64,000 bases of DNA from Octopus sinensis. Its lineage: Eukaryota. The stretch is taken from positions 87,048,001-87,112,000 of the forward strand of contig NC_043004.1 in NCBI RefSeq assembly GCF_006345805.1. The letters are read 5' to 3'. The notes under the pieces were generated by a model. The model saw only the letters and a program-made list of their open reading frames with translations. It searched no databases and had not been told where the DNA came from. Position 1 is the first letter of the stretch, and every line of letters starts with the position of its first letter. Shown here piece by piece: positions 51,296 through 64,000 of this stretch. A program made the translations under genes and the position numbers.

Positions 51296-51754
51296 TCTCA
51301 CAGAAATATGTACAAATTTAAGTGAAATTTGACTCACAATTTTGCAAACACAGACATACAGTGTCACAAGTTAGTTTGGAAATCATGTTAATATTATCAT
51401 TTGCATACATACATTATTTTAAATATCTAGAAAATTTTGGTTTGTCTACAAATACATTTTTCTTCCATTATATTAAAATATATTGATTTCTAGCAGAGAC
51501 ATATTTAAATATAAAGCAAAATTGATTTACAGACACAATTTTGTATTTTGGCAATATTTTATACTTGTTTGCCAATTATTTTTATTCATATTTTAATTTC
51601 GTCCTTGAAATTTTGATGAGGGGCTGATTTATCGTTCAAACTAATTTTTATTTCAGTATAATGCATTTTAATGTTTTAAATTTTGTTCTGAATACAAGTT
51701 AAAAAGTTGTTTCTTTTCTGCCTGTGCATACATGTATTCACATAACTACACCGG

Positions 51755-51792
<38 letters not shown>

Positions 51793-51798
51793 CATACT

Positions 51799-52022
51799 TT
51801 ATCCCTTTAATGTTTCAACTGGCCATATCCGGCTCAAATATTCCAACTGCATTATGTTCAAGCTGGCAAGATTCAGACTCTTACACCTACCCTACCATGT
51901 CATTCTGAATCTAAACAAACACACCATCGAAATCTCAATGCTACAACATAATGCATGATTGATTCAAAACAACATGAATAAATAAGCATTACATTTAACA
52001 GAGTAATCTGAAGGTTAAAGGG
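51799..52022 (-). mobile_element. piggyBac-like MITE
   Basis: Homologous to 23613-23838; ends CCCTTTA and TAAAGGG. Confidence 0.75.
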
Positions 52023-52159
52023 ATATATATAATGAATAAGCAGCACCACATAGATACAATTGATATGAAAATATTTTCAAAGGAACACATACAAATATAA
52101 TTGCTGTGAAATGGTTAAAAGTTAAATATTTCCTTAAATGTGAAAATATTTTGAATTAC

Positions 52160-52290
<131 letters not shown>

Positions 52291-52317
52291 GAGTGTGCAT
52301 ATATTATACCTATATAT

Positions 52318-52735
52318 TGGCATAGGTGTGGCCCTGTGGTTAAGAAGCTTGCTTCCTAAGCATGTGGTTTTTGGTTCAGTCCCACTGTGTAGTATTTTGA
52401 GCATGTGCTTTTTATAGCCCTGGGCCAGCCAAAACTTAATGAGTGAATTTAATAGACAGAAACTGGAAAGAGCTTGATTTATAAATGTATATGTATTTAT
52501 GTGTGTTTGTGTGTACCTTTGGCTTGACATCATGTGATGGTGGTTATACATGGGCATCACAGTTATACAGATGATGTTCAATTCCAGTTTCCTGTAAAAA
52601 GAAAAAGCATGTCTGGCCATGAGGAGACATTTGAGGGTTGGTGACAGGAGGAGCATCTGGCCATAGACAATTTACCTTAGCAAAGTCTGCCTAACTCATA
52701 CAAGCATGGAAAAGTGAACACTAAATGTGTATGTG
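52318..52735 (+). mobile_element. SINE type B
   Basis: Shared head plus type B body. Confidence 0.8.
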
Positions 52736-55700
52736 TGTGTAATTATAATTAAATGAAATTTTGAATTTAGGTTCATTGATAAAGTGTAATCCATTATGTC
52801 TCTCTCTCTCTCTCACACACACATACACACAGAAGCACGCTTGCTTACACACAGTCGTCACACAGGTTGCTCCTTTTTTGTTCAAGGAATTCACACTATC
52901 TTAAGAGTGTGAAATGGATGTGTTTGGTCTTGTATGAAAACACTAGAGATTTACAACAGATTTTGTTAAAGAATCACTGTCTTGAGAATGTGAGATACAA
53001 GTGCATGTTATGTATGACTTTGTATAAAAACATTAGAGATTTACAACAGATTTTGTTAAGTTGGAAATATTTTGTCCAGGATGTAATTGTTGGTATAGAT
53101 AGAAATATATATGTCCTCATTAGCCGTATTATTTATATATGTCTATATATATACATGTGTGTGTGTGTGTGACTATACTTTGTGGCTTAAGATGTAGTTA
53201 CAGCCACCACAATTATAGAGGCATATTTTGGCCAATAGGAATGAGTTAAATACTTTCTCATGTTGGTATCTGAAGAAGTTAGGATACTAATGCTAAATTC
53301 AGTAACTGCATTAATTATAACTATTGAATTATATAAATTGTATTGGATTTTAGAATAATTTCTGCACTGCTTACTATTATTAATTTTCTTTAACAGTTTT
53401 GTTTAAGTTATTGATATATAATAATTTTATAAGCAAGTTCTGTTATACATGCATATGTGCATGTACATATATGGTATTGAAACCAATTCGTTTATAGATT
53501 ATCTTTACAAATTGATTTAAATCCAACAAGATACTAATTATTCCATGTATTTTTCCATTAAATATAGTCAGTAAAATACAAAGATATATTGTGAGATTCA
53601 AGCATTAAGCACAATTTTAGGGAATAATATTATCATAATTTTTTTTTGACACTTGCTTTAATTTCTGCATTGGTGAAAATAGAAGAGCCGACCCTTCTGC
53701 TGTCTTTATCATTGAGTTATAGATTTATACTCATGTTATAGTTAAATGTGTGAATAAATCACCATATATGAATAGTTTGATTAAATGCAGATAATCCAGA
53801 TGATTTCGGCAATATTTTGAGTACATTCATATTACTTTAAATTTTCCCTAACTAGTAATAGTATTTTTAACATTTTCATTTGTGTCAAAATTTAAAATAT
53901 TAAATCAGGAATATCTTATAAAAGAAAATCATTTAAAACCAAATAATGCTTTTTCACAAGTTTTTTTTAATTGTTTGTTTGTTTAAAAAGTAGGTTAAGA
54001 ATTAATTTTGTTTAAGTTTTACTGTCATTTTATTTTACAAATTCAAGAAAAAAAGAAATGTCTGCTTGATAAGGAAGGAAGAGAAAATTTCATGACTTAC
54101 ATAAAAATTTTTCTTAAAATATGATGTGCGTAATTTATTTTTTGATTATTGGAAGAAATTTCGCTAAGAACTATTTTATTGTATTTCTATTAGTAAAATT
54201 TAATTATTAAGAGGAAAATAACCTTATTTATAACTTTTCTTGCATATGCATAGCAGCCTACCGGTAAATCTATCTATGTTGAATACATAAAATCAATAAT
54301 GACAATCTCAAAGTACACTTTGTACTAAACATCTTTACTTATTTGAGAAATTTTTTTCCTCCTTTAAGATTTCTTGTTTCCTAATGAAATATAAATTATC
54401 AATGTAGATATTATGCACATTATCTCTTTTATCTCTTTTCCTCTCTTTTGTCTGGTTAGGAAAGAAAATTGACATTTAGTGAGAAACTGATTAAAAAAAT
54501 ATGATGGTCACAGCTAAATATAGATGTGTTGTATTTGCCAGTTTGAAAAAATGAAAATATACATAATAAAAGTAAAACTACTATGTTTAATTTAAACCTC
54601 ATTGATTATTTTTGAAGATCACTTTTAAGAAATAAACTATAGCAAAGTAGGTTGTATACATATAATTATTCACAATAACCATTATTGTTTAATAATTGCT
54701 GTCAATGTTCGAGCAAAATCATGATTTAGAACAGTAAAACTATTTTATTTTTCATTAAATATGATTTGCTGATGTAATGTGTCAGATTAAATAGGTCTTA
54801 TTCACAGAATAATTGTTATAATAATTAGAGAATTAGAGTTAGTATTTGTAATTATTTTGCCAAGCACTGATACACAACATATGACATGTAGCTTTATAGA
54901 CTATTAATTCATCTTGAATAGCATTGAATATTAGGATATTCTTAAATGTGAGCTGGGTTTTTTCTTTTTTCTTTTTTTCTTTGCATTACTAATCAAATGT
55001 TTTGTGCCTTGTGTTGGTACCCTTTTTTGCTGGGTGAACTTCATTTTGCTTCACAGAAAATGGCTCTTCCCAATTCAGTTGTTAATTGTAAGGAATGCAG
55101 TTGTAAGATATTTCAATAATTCATACTAATAATCACAAAACCATTCATTGTATGTTATTGGAGTTAAATACATTGGAGTAAAATATATTACCTAGAATAG
55201 AAATGACACAGATAGACATCAAAATGATTATCTCTTTCTGTAACTGTGGAACAACTGACTTTTAAAAATCCTTTCAAAAAATATACTTACATCAAGAAAT
55301 GGGGAAATGTACAAAATATCTCCTGTAGTATTTATTAACGACTTTCTAAATTCAAATTATTTCCCTTAAGTAAGTTTAGTGTCTCAGTGAATGATGTAAA
55401 TGTATCAATCAAAAGAAGTTGGAACAAGCATAGAATATAGCTATAAAAGAATGGACTGAAATGGTAAAAAAAAGATTATCAAGAGAATTCCTGTCTAGCT
55501 CTTATCTCTGGCAATCAAGGCAATGATAATTATGATAGTGTACATCTCTTTAAGTGGTTGTTTAATGACATTACAACAATAATAAACAGTTAAACTTTCA
55601 ATTATATATGCATCAGCTCTTTGATATGCAGCTAAGAGATTCATTTAACTTCTCTTCATGTTGGTTCTTTAACAGCTAACAAACAAGCTTAGTTGTAGAC

Positions 55701-56141
55701 AGAGCATGGAAAGACAATATTTTTGTTAGCAGAACCAGTATAATGGCAGTATGTTTCCTGGAGCATTTCTGACGTGTCGGAGGAATTCTCTTCATGAACC
55801 AAACCACTGCCATCACCACCGATACAAATGACTTCAAATGTCAGTTAGTTGATGTGCTTTCTAGATGTTTGAGAATTGTGCCTCTTCATAGCTGTTTTCA
55901 TTTTATGTGTGCATTACATGCTGGCTATATCAAGAATCCAATCTTTTCCTAAAACACACTTACACATCACTCCTTTTTTTTATACCCACTTTAAGGCAGA
56001 TACACTCTTACACTTACATATACACACTTACTCCTGCACCCACCTCCATAGAACAGCATTCCCACCTGGTTTCTAACCTTTCATGTGTTTTTCTCTATCT
56101 TTTACTGACTAGCTCTCTTTCTCACTCACTTTATGTTCTTC

Positions 56142-56177
56142 TCTTCAGATAAAGGACTGATGTCTGAAACGTTAAGA
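56142..56177 (+). ncRNA. Decayed hammerhead motif (PLE type)
   Basis: TCTT-CAGATAA-a-GGACtgatGTCT-GAAA-CG-TT-AAGA: stems I and II intact, core CUGAUGA carries two substitutions. Confidence 0.45.
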
Positions 56178-57381
56178 CACTTTCTATTTCTACTTATATT
56201 AATACTTTATTTGTCAAACTTTGTCCATGTATATTGTTCATTCTATTTACACCACCCTAGTATATTTTGTAGGTCTTTCACTAACAGTTGACTAGGATGC
56301 ACTTTACATGGCATTTTTGTGTAATCTAACCTGTTTTTTCATGGGAAATGAAGTTTGACAATTTTGATGATGTTCAAGTCATGGTTTATGAATCTACTAT
56401 ATAATACTACATAACTTGCCAATATTTTGTATGTTATTTTGTTTATGCTTTATATATTATTATTAAAAGATCCTATTTATTAATCTAGTATGATATTATG
56501 GAATTTATTTCCCTAAAGATTTTGTAAACCCACCAAAGGTTTTTATTCTGATTTCATTTTTGCGATTGTGTATTATTTATTACTTTCCAATACACATTTT
56601 CTTCAATATAATCTCATTACCAATTTAGGTTATTCATTCTTGAATTCTTATAATAAAGAAATGCTGTAAAAATAGATTTATCACATTGGGAAAAGGATTT
56701 GAAAATGCATATCACATTTGCATCTCAAAAACATTATTCTTATTGTAATCTTTAATGTGTGACCTTTCTAAAGTAATGTAAGAGACTGCCAAAGCTTATA
56801 ATATAGAGTAAACTATTAAAACAGGTATAAGCATTGTTATTATTTTCCATATATTTTGTAAGTTTTTTTGCATGTAAATGAAACAACTTGCTTAATGTGA
56901 CCTGCATAACACCACTGGTATCCTTACTATAATAGTTTAAAAATCCTGTATTGAAAGTATAAATGCAAAGAGCATGTGGTAAGAAACATCTATAATATCA
57001 ATGAAGAAAATCACATTTTGTGACTGCTTTATGCTGGTCAGGGCCATAGTATAACTATGCAATTATAAGCTACAATTGAAAGTCTGTTCTTAGTCCAGAG
57101 TTGTTATTCAGTAGACATTAGACAAGTTGTCCTAAGCCATTGATGCTATTTTTGGTTAATAAATCAAACAAGATGATATTGATTTCTTGTTCTCCAACAA
57201 TCAATAAGTTTTTATCCATTTTGTAATTCACATATGCGTACACACACGTGCACACATACACATGCTCAAACACCAAGCTTTCATTCATACTCACAGACAT
57301 ACACAAAACAATCACAGGAACACTTCTATCATTTCCTCTCTAACTCTTCGCTTCCTCTACCTTGTATTTTCTCCTTCTCCC

Positions 57382-57424
<43 letters not shown>

Positions 57425-57579
57425 TCCTTTCTGGTTACTCTGTACCTTTTGTTTCTCTGTCACTCCTCAATTCCTCTCTTTTCGATTCTTACTCTCCATG
57501 ATTTTCCTCCTTGAATATCTCCCGCTACTTGTTTAATTTCTGCCTCTTTTCTTTTGCACTATTTTTCACTATCCCTTCA

Positions 57580-57610
<31 letters not shown>

Positions 57611-58619
57611 CCTCTCTCTCTCTCACCTCCTTCCTATCAAGTTGGTGAACAACAGTCTTGTTGCATAGAACTAATGTTCTTTTGCTATTATAAAGGTTCA
57701 TTTATTTATGCAAGTTGTAAAACAAGTTATGATTGAGAGAACATTTCACCATTGCCTTTGTTAAGCTGAGGAAAAAGAAGTTTGAAAACACAGACTAAAT
57801 GCAGAAGAGCAATAACCAACTAACATTAACTCAAAAGAAGAAACCTGGATTGTTGAATTAATTACACCACAATTTTTAAAATTCATGAATAATCTTATTG
57901 TTGTATGATTATTGATAAAACTGATTGTAATTACCATTCAATTTATCTTAGTTACAATCACTGATTAGAATTTTTTTCAGTCATATCTTATGCAGAACAG
58001 TGGCAGTGATGTTAAGGTGCTAGACTGTTGTTGATCACGTGGTCAGGAGTTCAAAGCTACATTACTACAGTAACTGTATCAGAACATTAGGCAAGGCTTA
58101 GAATTTCTATTTGCTGGAATGAATCAAGCTGAAAATTTAACAGTTGAGTGATTAAAGACATCTTCTGAAAACACTTTCAATAATTCACATTGAAATGTTC
58201 AAATTTATAGAAACATGCAAATTACGCTTGCATGGAAAACTGGTTTGAAAGCATTGAAAAATAATCTGTAGCTAAACTAGATTTTATTATATTCATATAC
58301 ATCATGTTAAGATTGTGTTTTTCTTGTTATCAACACAGTATCCATTGGAATATCTCTAGTTTTTTTAACATAATGATTATTATATTATAACATAATTATA
58401 ATAAGAGATGATTATCTTATTACCATTATATATGTTATTAGGTCTAATTGCTATTTAAATATGGATTGCTGCTGAATTAAATGCACTGTTTGTGTTTTTG
58501 TTGTAATGTATTTTTAAATGCACAGCTGACTAAATTTTTATGAGTAGATTTGGTAGACAGAAACTGAGAGAACTCCATCATATATATATATATATATATA
58601 TAATATATATATATATATA

Positions 58620-58654
<35 letters not shown>

Positions 58655-58669
58655 GAGAGATAGAGAGAT

Positions 58670-58990
58670 TGGCACCATCCTCTGACTTGCCAGCCCCTGT
58701 CAAACAATAACCTATGCCTGCATAGAAAACATAGAAAATGGATGTTAAATGATGGTGGTGGTGATGATTGTGTGTGTATGTGTGCTCATCAGCACCATGT
58801 AATGTCCATGTTCCATGCTGGCATGGGTTGGACAGTTTGACAAGGGTTTAATGAGTCTGGGACCGCGTTGTACTCTAGTGTCTCTTTTGGCATGGTTTCT
58901 ATAGCAGAATGCCCTTTCTAATGTCATCCACTTTACAGGGTGTACTGGGTGCTTTTTTCATGCAACTGGCATTATTGAGATTACCATGTA
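58670..58990. mobile_element. Two RTE-type tails in opposite orientation
   Basis: + tail at 58670-58765 and - tail at 58785-58990. Confidence 0.6.
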
Positions 58991-59679
58991 GCATGCAAAT
59001 CAACAAACCCAGGGATGGAGAATGTTGCCTCTTTATGTTAGATGGGCTCATAGTTGACCTAAGCCATTCTGTTTATGAAAAGACAAAAAGGAATTTACAT
59101 CCATATAATTCTTCTGCCTTGACCAAGCATTATGCACATCAACATATGCTGTTTTCATAATAGTTTCATTCTTACTGGGCTGTGAGTGACAGACTTGTTC
59201 TTCATAGCTGATGAAGTGAAACGATACAGAAATGCAAAAGTTCTATGAACCAGTGGCATCATTCACTGACCATCTTGTGTTTTTTCACACATGTCTAAGA
59301 GGAGAATTTTTCCCTGGAACTAAATCTGCAGTAGAAGCTTTTCTCATATTCAAGTGCATTCAAATGTGTTGAATATGACTTTACACAAATATATTTCCTT
59401 CGACACTGCTTCATGCAACCTTATTAAAAGCACATAATCTTTATCAGACATTTGAAAACTTTCAGATTCCAAAAATGAAAAATTCCTGAAAGCTCAGGAC
59501 TTTTCTTTTTAAGTCTGATGTTGTAGATGAGCATAAAATGAATGTGTATATAGAATGACAAGCTGAAGTAAAAGAGTCATAGGCAGATTTGTTTTGAAAA
59601 AAGCAAAATTATGACATAAGAAATTGGACTAGTGCAAGATTCATATAAAACTATCTTCACTGTATGTGTATCAACTGTA

Positions 59680-59830
59680 TTCATCATCATCATCATTGTT
59701 TAACATCCTTTTTCCATGCTAGCACCAGTCTGATCTGGCAGTGTTTCTACAGCTGGATGCCCTTCCTAACGCCAACAACTCCATGAGTGTAGTGGGTGCT
59801 TTTTACGTGCCACCAGCACAGGTGTTAGGG
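59680..59830 (-). mobile_element. RTE 3' tail fragment
   Basis: (CAT)n-TTTAACATCC..GGATGCCCTTCCTAACGCCAAC. Confidence 0.75.
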
Positions 59831-60460
59831 GAGGCTGATGCAAATGGCATGTATGGTGAGACTTGGGATCTATACCCAAACTGTCTCATTTTATAGAGGC
59901 AAGTATACAATCATTCTATATTTGAAAGTATTCGAAATCCCAAACACTTTGGGTCTCAAGCATTCAGATTGCAAATTGCCAACTGATTTTGATACATATT
60001 TTAGAAGTGAGGAGCTGTTCATTTTCATTAATTCTTAAAGTAATCAAAAGATATCTGCTATGGTGTAGCTGAAGTGGTAGCTTCCCAGGGTAACCTTTGA
60101 ATTTGCTGCCCCACTCTAGGCATATAAGCCAGTATAGACTTGCACTGTAAAAAGCATTGCTTGGGCAGATCCCCATTCCCCAGCTATGCTACTAGATATT
60201 TGTATTTCACTGTTAAATTGCCTGATTAGTATTTTTTAAAAATATATGTAGATTACCTATATGAACCTACTATATGGTAGCAGAACAATAATAAAGTATC
60301 TACTGCAGTGAGTAATATATACAGACTAAGCATCATAAAGTCAGTCCATTTTCATATGCTCACTAGCAATAGATTAATGTATAACATAAGTAAACATGAT
60401 CTAGTGCATAATTAAATTAGATAAATAAAAAGGACTAAGAAAATTTATTGGCTTATTTAG

Positions 60461-60479
60461 ACAAAGAAGAATCCAGAAT
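60461..60479 (+). other. Candidate 19-nt microexon
   Basis: TTGGCTTATTTAG / ACAAAGAAGAATCCAGAAT / GTAAGT; purine-rich. Confidence 0.2.
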
Positions 60480-60984
60480 GTAAGTAATAAGTCTGAGGAG
60501 TGATATAATTGCTGACATCAATTTAAGAGACCTGGGCTGTGAAAACTTTATAAAGAAAGTATTTTTTAAACCCTCTGTACTTGACACAAATGTTTTAAGA
60601 AATATTTTATAACAAGTGACATAAACTGCTGTAAACACTAGGCACATACCTACCCCTTCTCTCTCTCTCTTTCACACATACACACATTTTGTTTGCCATT
60701 CTTTGAAAGTAAAATAATTATGATATACTGGTTGTGTGGTTCAGTTCCCATCGGACAATCATTTGGAGTTATTGCTATCAAATACACATTTTTTTTTTGT
60801 TTTCGTGTATTTTAAGTGGAAAAAAAACTTCATTATTTTTATCTTTTACTTGTTTCAATCATTGGACTGTGACCATACTGGCCTTGAAGGGTTTAGTTGA
60901 ACAAATTGACCACAGTACTTACTTTTTAATCCTTGTACTTATTCTGTCAGTCTCCTTTGCACACAGTCAATCAAACACATACAC

Positions 60985-61212
60985 ACACACATAAGTGCCA
61001 CTTAAAAGCATTGTTGTGGGTGTTGGTGCCATATGAAAAGCACCCAGTCCAATCTGTAAAGTGGTTGGCATTAGGAAGAGGATCCAGCTGTAGAAACCTA
61101 GCCAAAACAGACTATGGAACCTGGTGCAGCCCCTGGCCCTGCCAGTTTTTGTCAAGCCATTCAACCCTTGCCAACGTGGAAAACTGATGTTAAATGTTGA
61201 TGATGATAATGA
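60985..61212 (+). mobile_element. RTE-type 3' tail fragment
   Basis: AAAAGCACCCAG..GGATCCAGCTGTAGAAACC..(GAT)n. Confidence 0.7.
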
Positions 61213-61214
61213 TA

Positions 61215-61431
61215 TACTCTTTTACTTGTTTCAGTCATGTGACTGTGACCATGCTGCAGCACTGCCTTTTAGTCAAGCAAATCAACCCCCAGGACTTATT
61301 CTTTGTAAGCCTAGTACTTATTCTATCAGTCTCTTTTGCTGAACCGCGAAGTTACGGGGACTAAACACTCCAACATCAGTTGTCAAGTGATGTTAGGGGA
61401 CAAACACAGACACCCAAAGATATACACACAC

Positions 61432-61487
<56 letters not shown>

Positions 61488-61655
61488 GTATACAATGAGC
61501 TTCTTGCAGTCTCTGTCTACCAAATCCACTCACAAGGCTTTGGTCAGCCCGAGGCTATAGTAAAAGACACTTGCCCAAGGTGCCACGCAGTGGGACTGAA
61601 CCTGGAACCATGTGGTTCGTAAGCAAGCTACTTACCACACAGCCACTCCTATGCC
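61215..61655 (-). mobile_element. SINE type A
   Basis: Full-length reverse match. Confidence 0.88.
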
Positions 61656-61717
61656 TAAAATAAATATGCAACGCTTTATGAATTTGCGTGTCATCCTTGT
61701 GCATATATAAATGATTG

Positions 61718-61970
61718 CAGCATGGAAGACACAGGTTAGCCATTCAGAAACATACAAAGATAGTTAACTACACTTAGACATTTATAGTTTGTAAAATGAT
61801 ATCAAAACTTTCATTGCTGAAAACTGTGATCTGGTTGTTGATAAATGTGTGCCGACTGAGTTGCAGTTTTAAGTAACAAAAATTTTGGCACTATATTGCA
61901 AACAGTAAATGTTTAAGTGAAGTTAAATCTCTGTATGTTTCTGAATGGCCAGCTTGTGTCTTCCACACTG
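61718..61970. mobile_element. Near-palindromic Tc1/mariner-type MITE, 253 bp
   Basis: CAGCATGGAAGACACAGGTTAGCCATTCAGAAACATAC and GTATGTTTCTGAATGGCCAGCTTGTGTCTTCCACACTG-TA; similarity extends ~115 bp inward. Confidence 0.85.
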
Positions 61971-64000
61971 TAATTATTTTATTCTCAAAACACTCTCAAA
62001 TCAAAATACTCACTATGTAAGTACATCTCCATAATATATACACTATGTCTGTTACTCAGAATTAAAGGTGACTTGGTTGTATGTAACATGCTTTTGTTAA
62101 CTATATTAGGTCTCTATGTAATTTTAAGCAGGCATAGATATCCTCTTGGCCCTTCGCCTAGCAGAATGTACGGGATGTGATGGTTTAAGGAAGATAGGGC
62201 CACACCAGTTTTGAGCTGGTCTTTATTTCAACTAAATAGTCAGAAGCATTGTAAAAAATTGTCTTGTTCAAGAACACGTTGTGCTGCCCAGTTAGGAATT
62301 GAACCCCTGATCTTGTGATCATGCCTAAATAATACACACACATACAGGATAATGTTGAATCATCTGTTTTGTGTGTGTGTGTCATATATATGTGTATATA
62401 TATTTATAATGTAGCTTTAGAAATGGTATTAGTATTAGGAAAGGTATCCAGCTGTTGAAACAATGCCAAAGCGGACAGCAGAGTTTGGTGTTGTCTTCTG
62501 ACCTGACCATTCCTGTTGAACTATCCAACCCTCTATACAAAACAGCTATTAAATAATGACAACAAAGATGGTGATGTAACATAGGCTCATTCTAAATATC
62601 TTATGCAATTGTTATTTAGCCAAAGACTAACTTTGAAGAGCAGACCTGTAATCAAAGGTATTCCAGCTGGTTGTCTTAAAAAGATTATAAAATAATTTAT
62701 CTTTCTTATTTAAGAAGCTTGGGTAGTATTTGAAGGAGATTTGGTTGTTATTTTTAGATGTCAAGTAACTCCAAAGAAGTGCTGTCATCTCTGGTTGTTG
62801 GCAGTATTGCTCCAAATGGTGCCTGCAGCTATCATTGATTTACAATGCAAATCTTGCCTTCACTGAATGAAGAGGCAAAGGAAACAAAGTATATATAAAC
62901 AATATAGATTTATTTTAAAGTGATTTTTTTTTTCACTTTCAGTAGCTCATGACTTGAAGTAATTCAATAAGTCAATTGTGGAACTTTTATTGCAAAGTAT
63001 GTTGATTGTTAGAAATATGGTAAATGGCACCACTCAGTGGCTTTCAATATTTTGCCAAAATTTGTGTTTGAAGTACTAATTCTTATCTAAAATTAATTCA
63101 GACCTTTAATCATTCCCTTCTCTATTTATGAATTGATACACTTCACCAAAATTTGACTTAAGTACCATGGTCTTTTGATATTGTCTAGTCTCCACTCATA
63201 GAATATGTGTATTGTTCAAGGTTTCTTTGATTTGTTCTATTCATAGGCAAGCAGAAATGAATGCAAAAAAATTTCTTTTCAGATACACAAAGAATTTAAC
63301 ACACCACACATACACACACACAAAAATGCTTTCACCAAATTTTTTTAAATATGTTTCTTACTTACTGAGAAAATAAAACTTTTCCTAAAATATCATGGAG
63401 ACAGTAAATTTAATGTTATATATTTCTAATGTTGAACAGGGGAGATTTTTTTAAACAAGAATAATCCTGGTCTTGATGAATTAGAAGTGTATTTATATTC
63501 CACTCTGTAATTCTTAAAATACCAAAATTTCATTCAGATTTGGGATTTATTTTCAACATGCAGTTTAATTCATCATAGAATTTATTACTCTAAAGTAGCA
63601 TTTATTATACCTTTCTAGCATTCTTGCTATTGTACAATTAGCTGAATAATTGTAGTATATTTCATAATAATGTTAAGTAATAATATTCTATTAATATTGT
63701 TTTCTTTATGCATATTTATTTCTACTTGGCTGTTTAATGATCCCTAAACTGTTTAACTAACAACTTACTATTGTTTTTCATAAAAATTTGAATTATTGAA
63801 CTTCAAAACAATTATATTTTCCTATCCTCCCAAATATGCATTCTTGCACATTTATGTAGTGATTTTTTTCATCACTATTTCAGCTAGGGTGGTGGAGGCA
63901 TATTGATGAAGTTAGAAAATGGCTAAAACTGGTCTGGAGCTGTCTCTCATACTTGCTGGAGAAAATTAAATTAATAGTGACACAGGCATGGCTGCATGGC

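Noticed and set aside
59208-59230. CTGATGA-AGT-GAAA-CGA-TA motif
   Set aside because: No stem I complementarity and no room for stem II.
59160-59600. Coding-like unique segment
   Set aside because: Stops in all frames and no recognisable motif or splice pair.

Overview
AT-rich, microsatellite-laden eukaryotic DNA. The repeat families match what I recall of Octopus (coleoid cephalopod) SINE, RTE and MITE families; that taxon call is from memory, not a database search. No host gene is recognisable, only a few short + strand segments with good splice signals. The window is a transposon graveyard. It holds tRNA-derived SINEs of several types, RTE-clade LINE fragments, Penelope-like (PLE) RT and GIY-YIG fragments, a full-length dead mariner and an internally deleted one, and a maT/DD37D fragment. 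It also holds a Buster/Charlie-type hAT remnant, a MULE with repeat-array TIRs, a young non-autonomous Helitron and several MITEs, many of them nested. The most interesting object is a 411-bp foldback element at 25944-26354. It has 181-bp arms (~94% identical) carrying four mini-hairpins, and a minimal type I hammerhead ribozyme motif sits at the arm/loop junction on the minus strand. Two more decayed hammerhead motifs lie at ~31615 and ~56142. Most ORFs in the supplied track are microsatellite or repeat artefacts.
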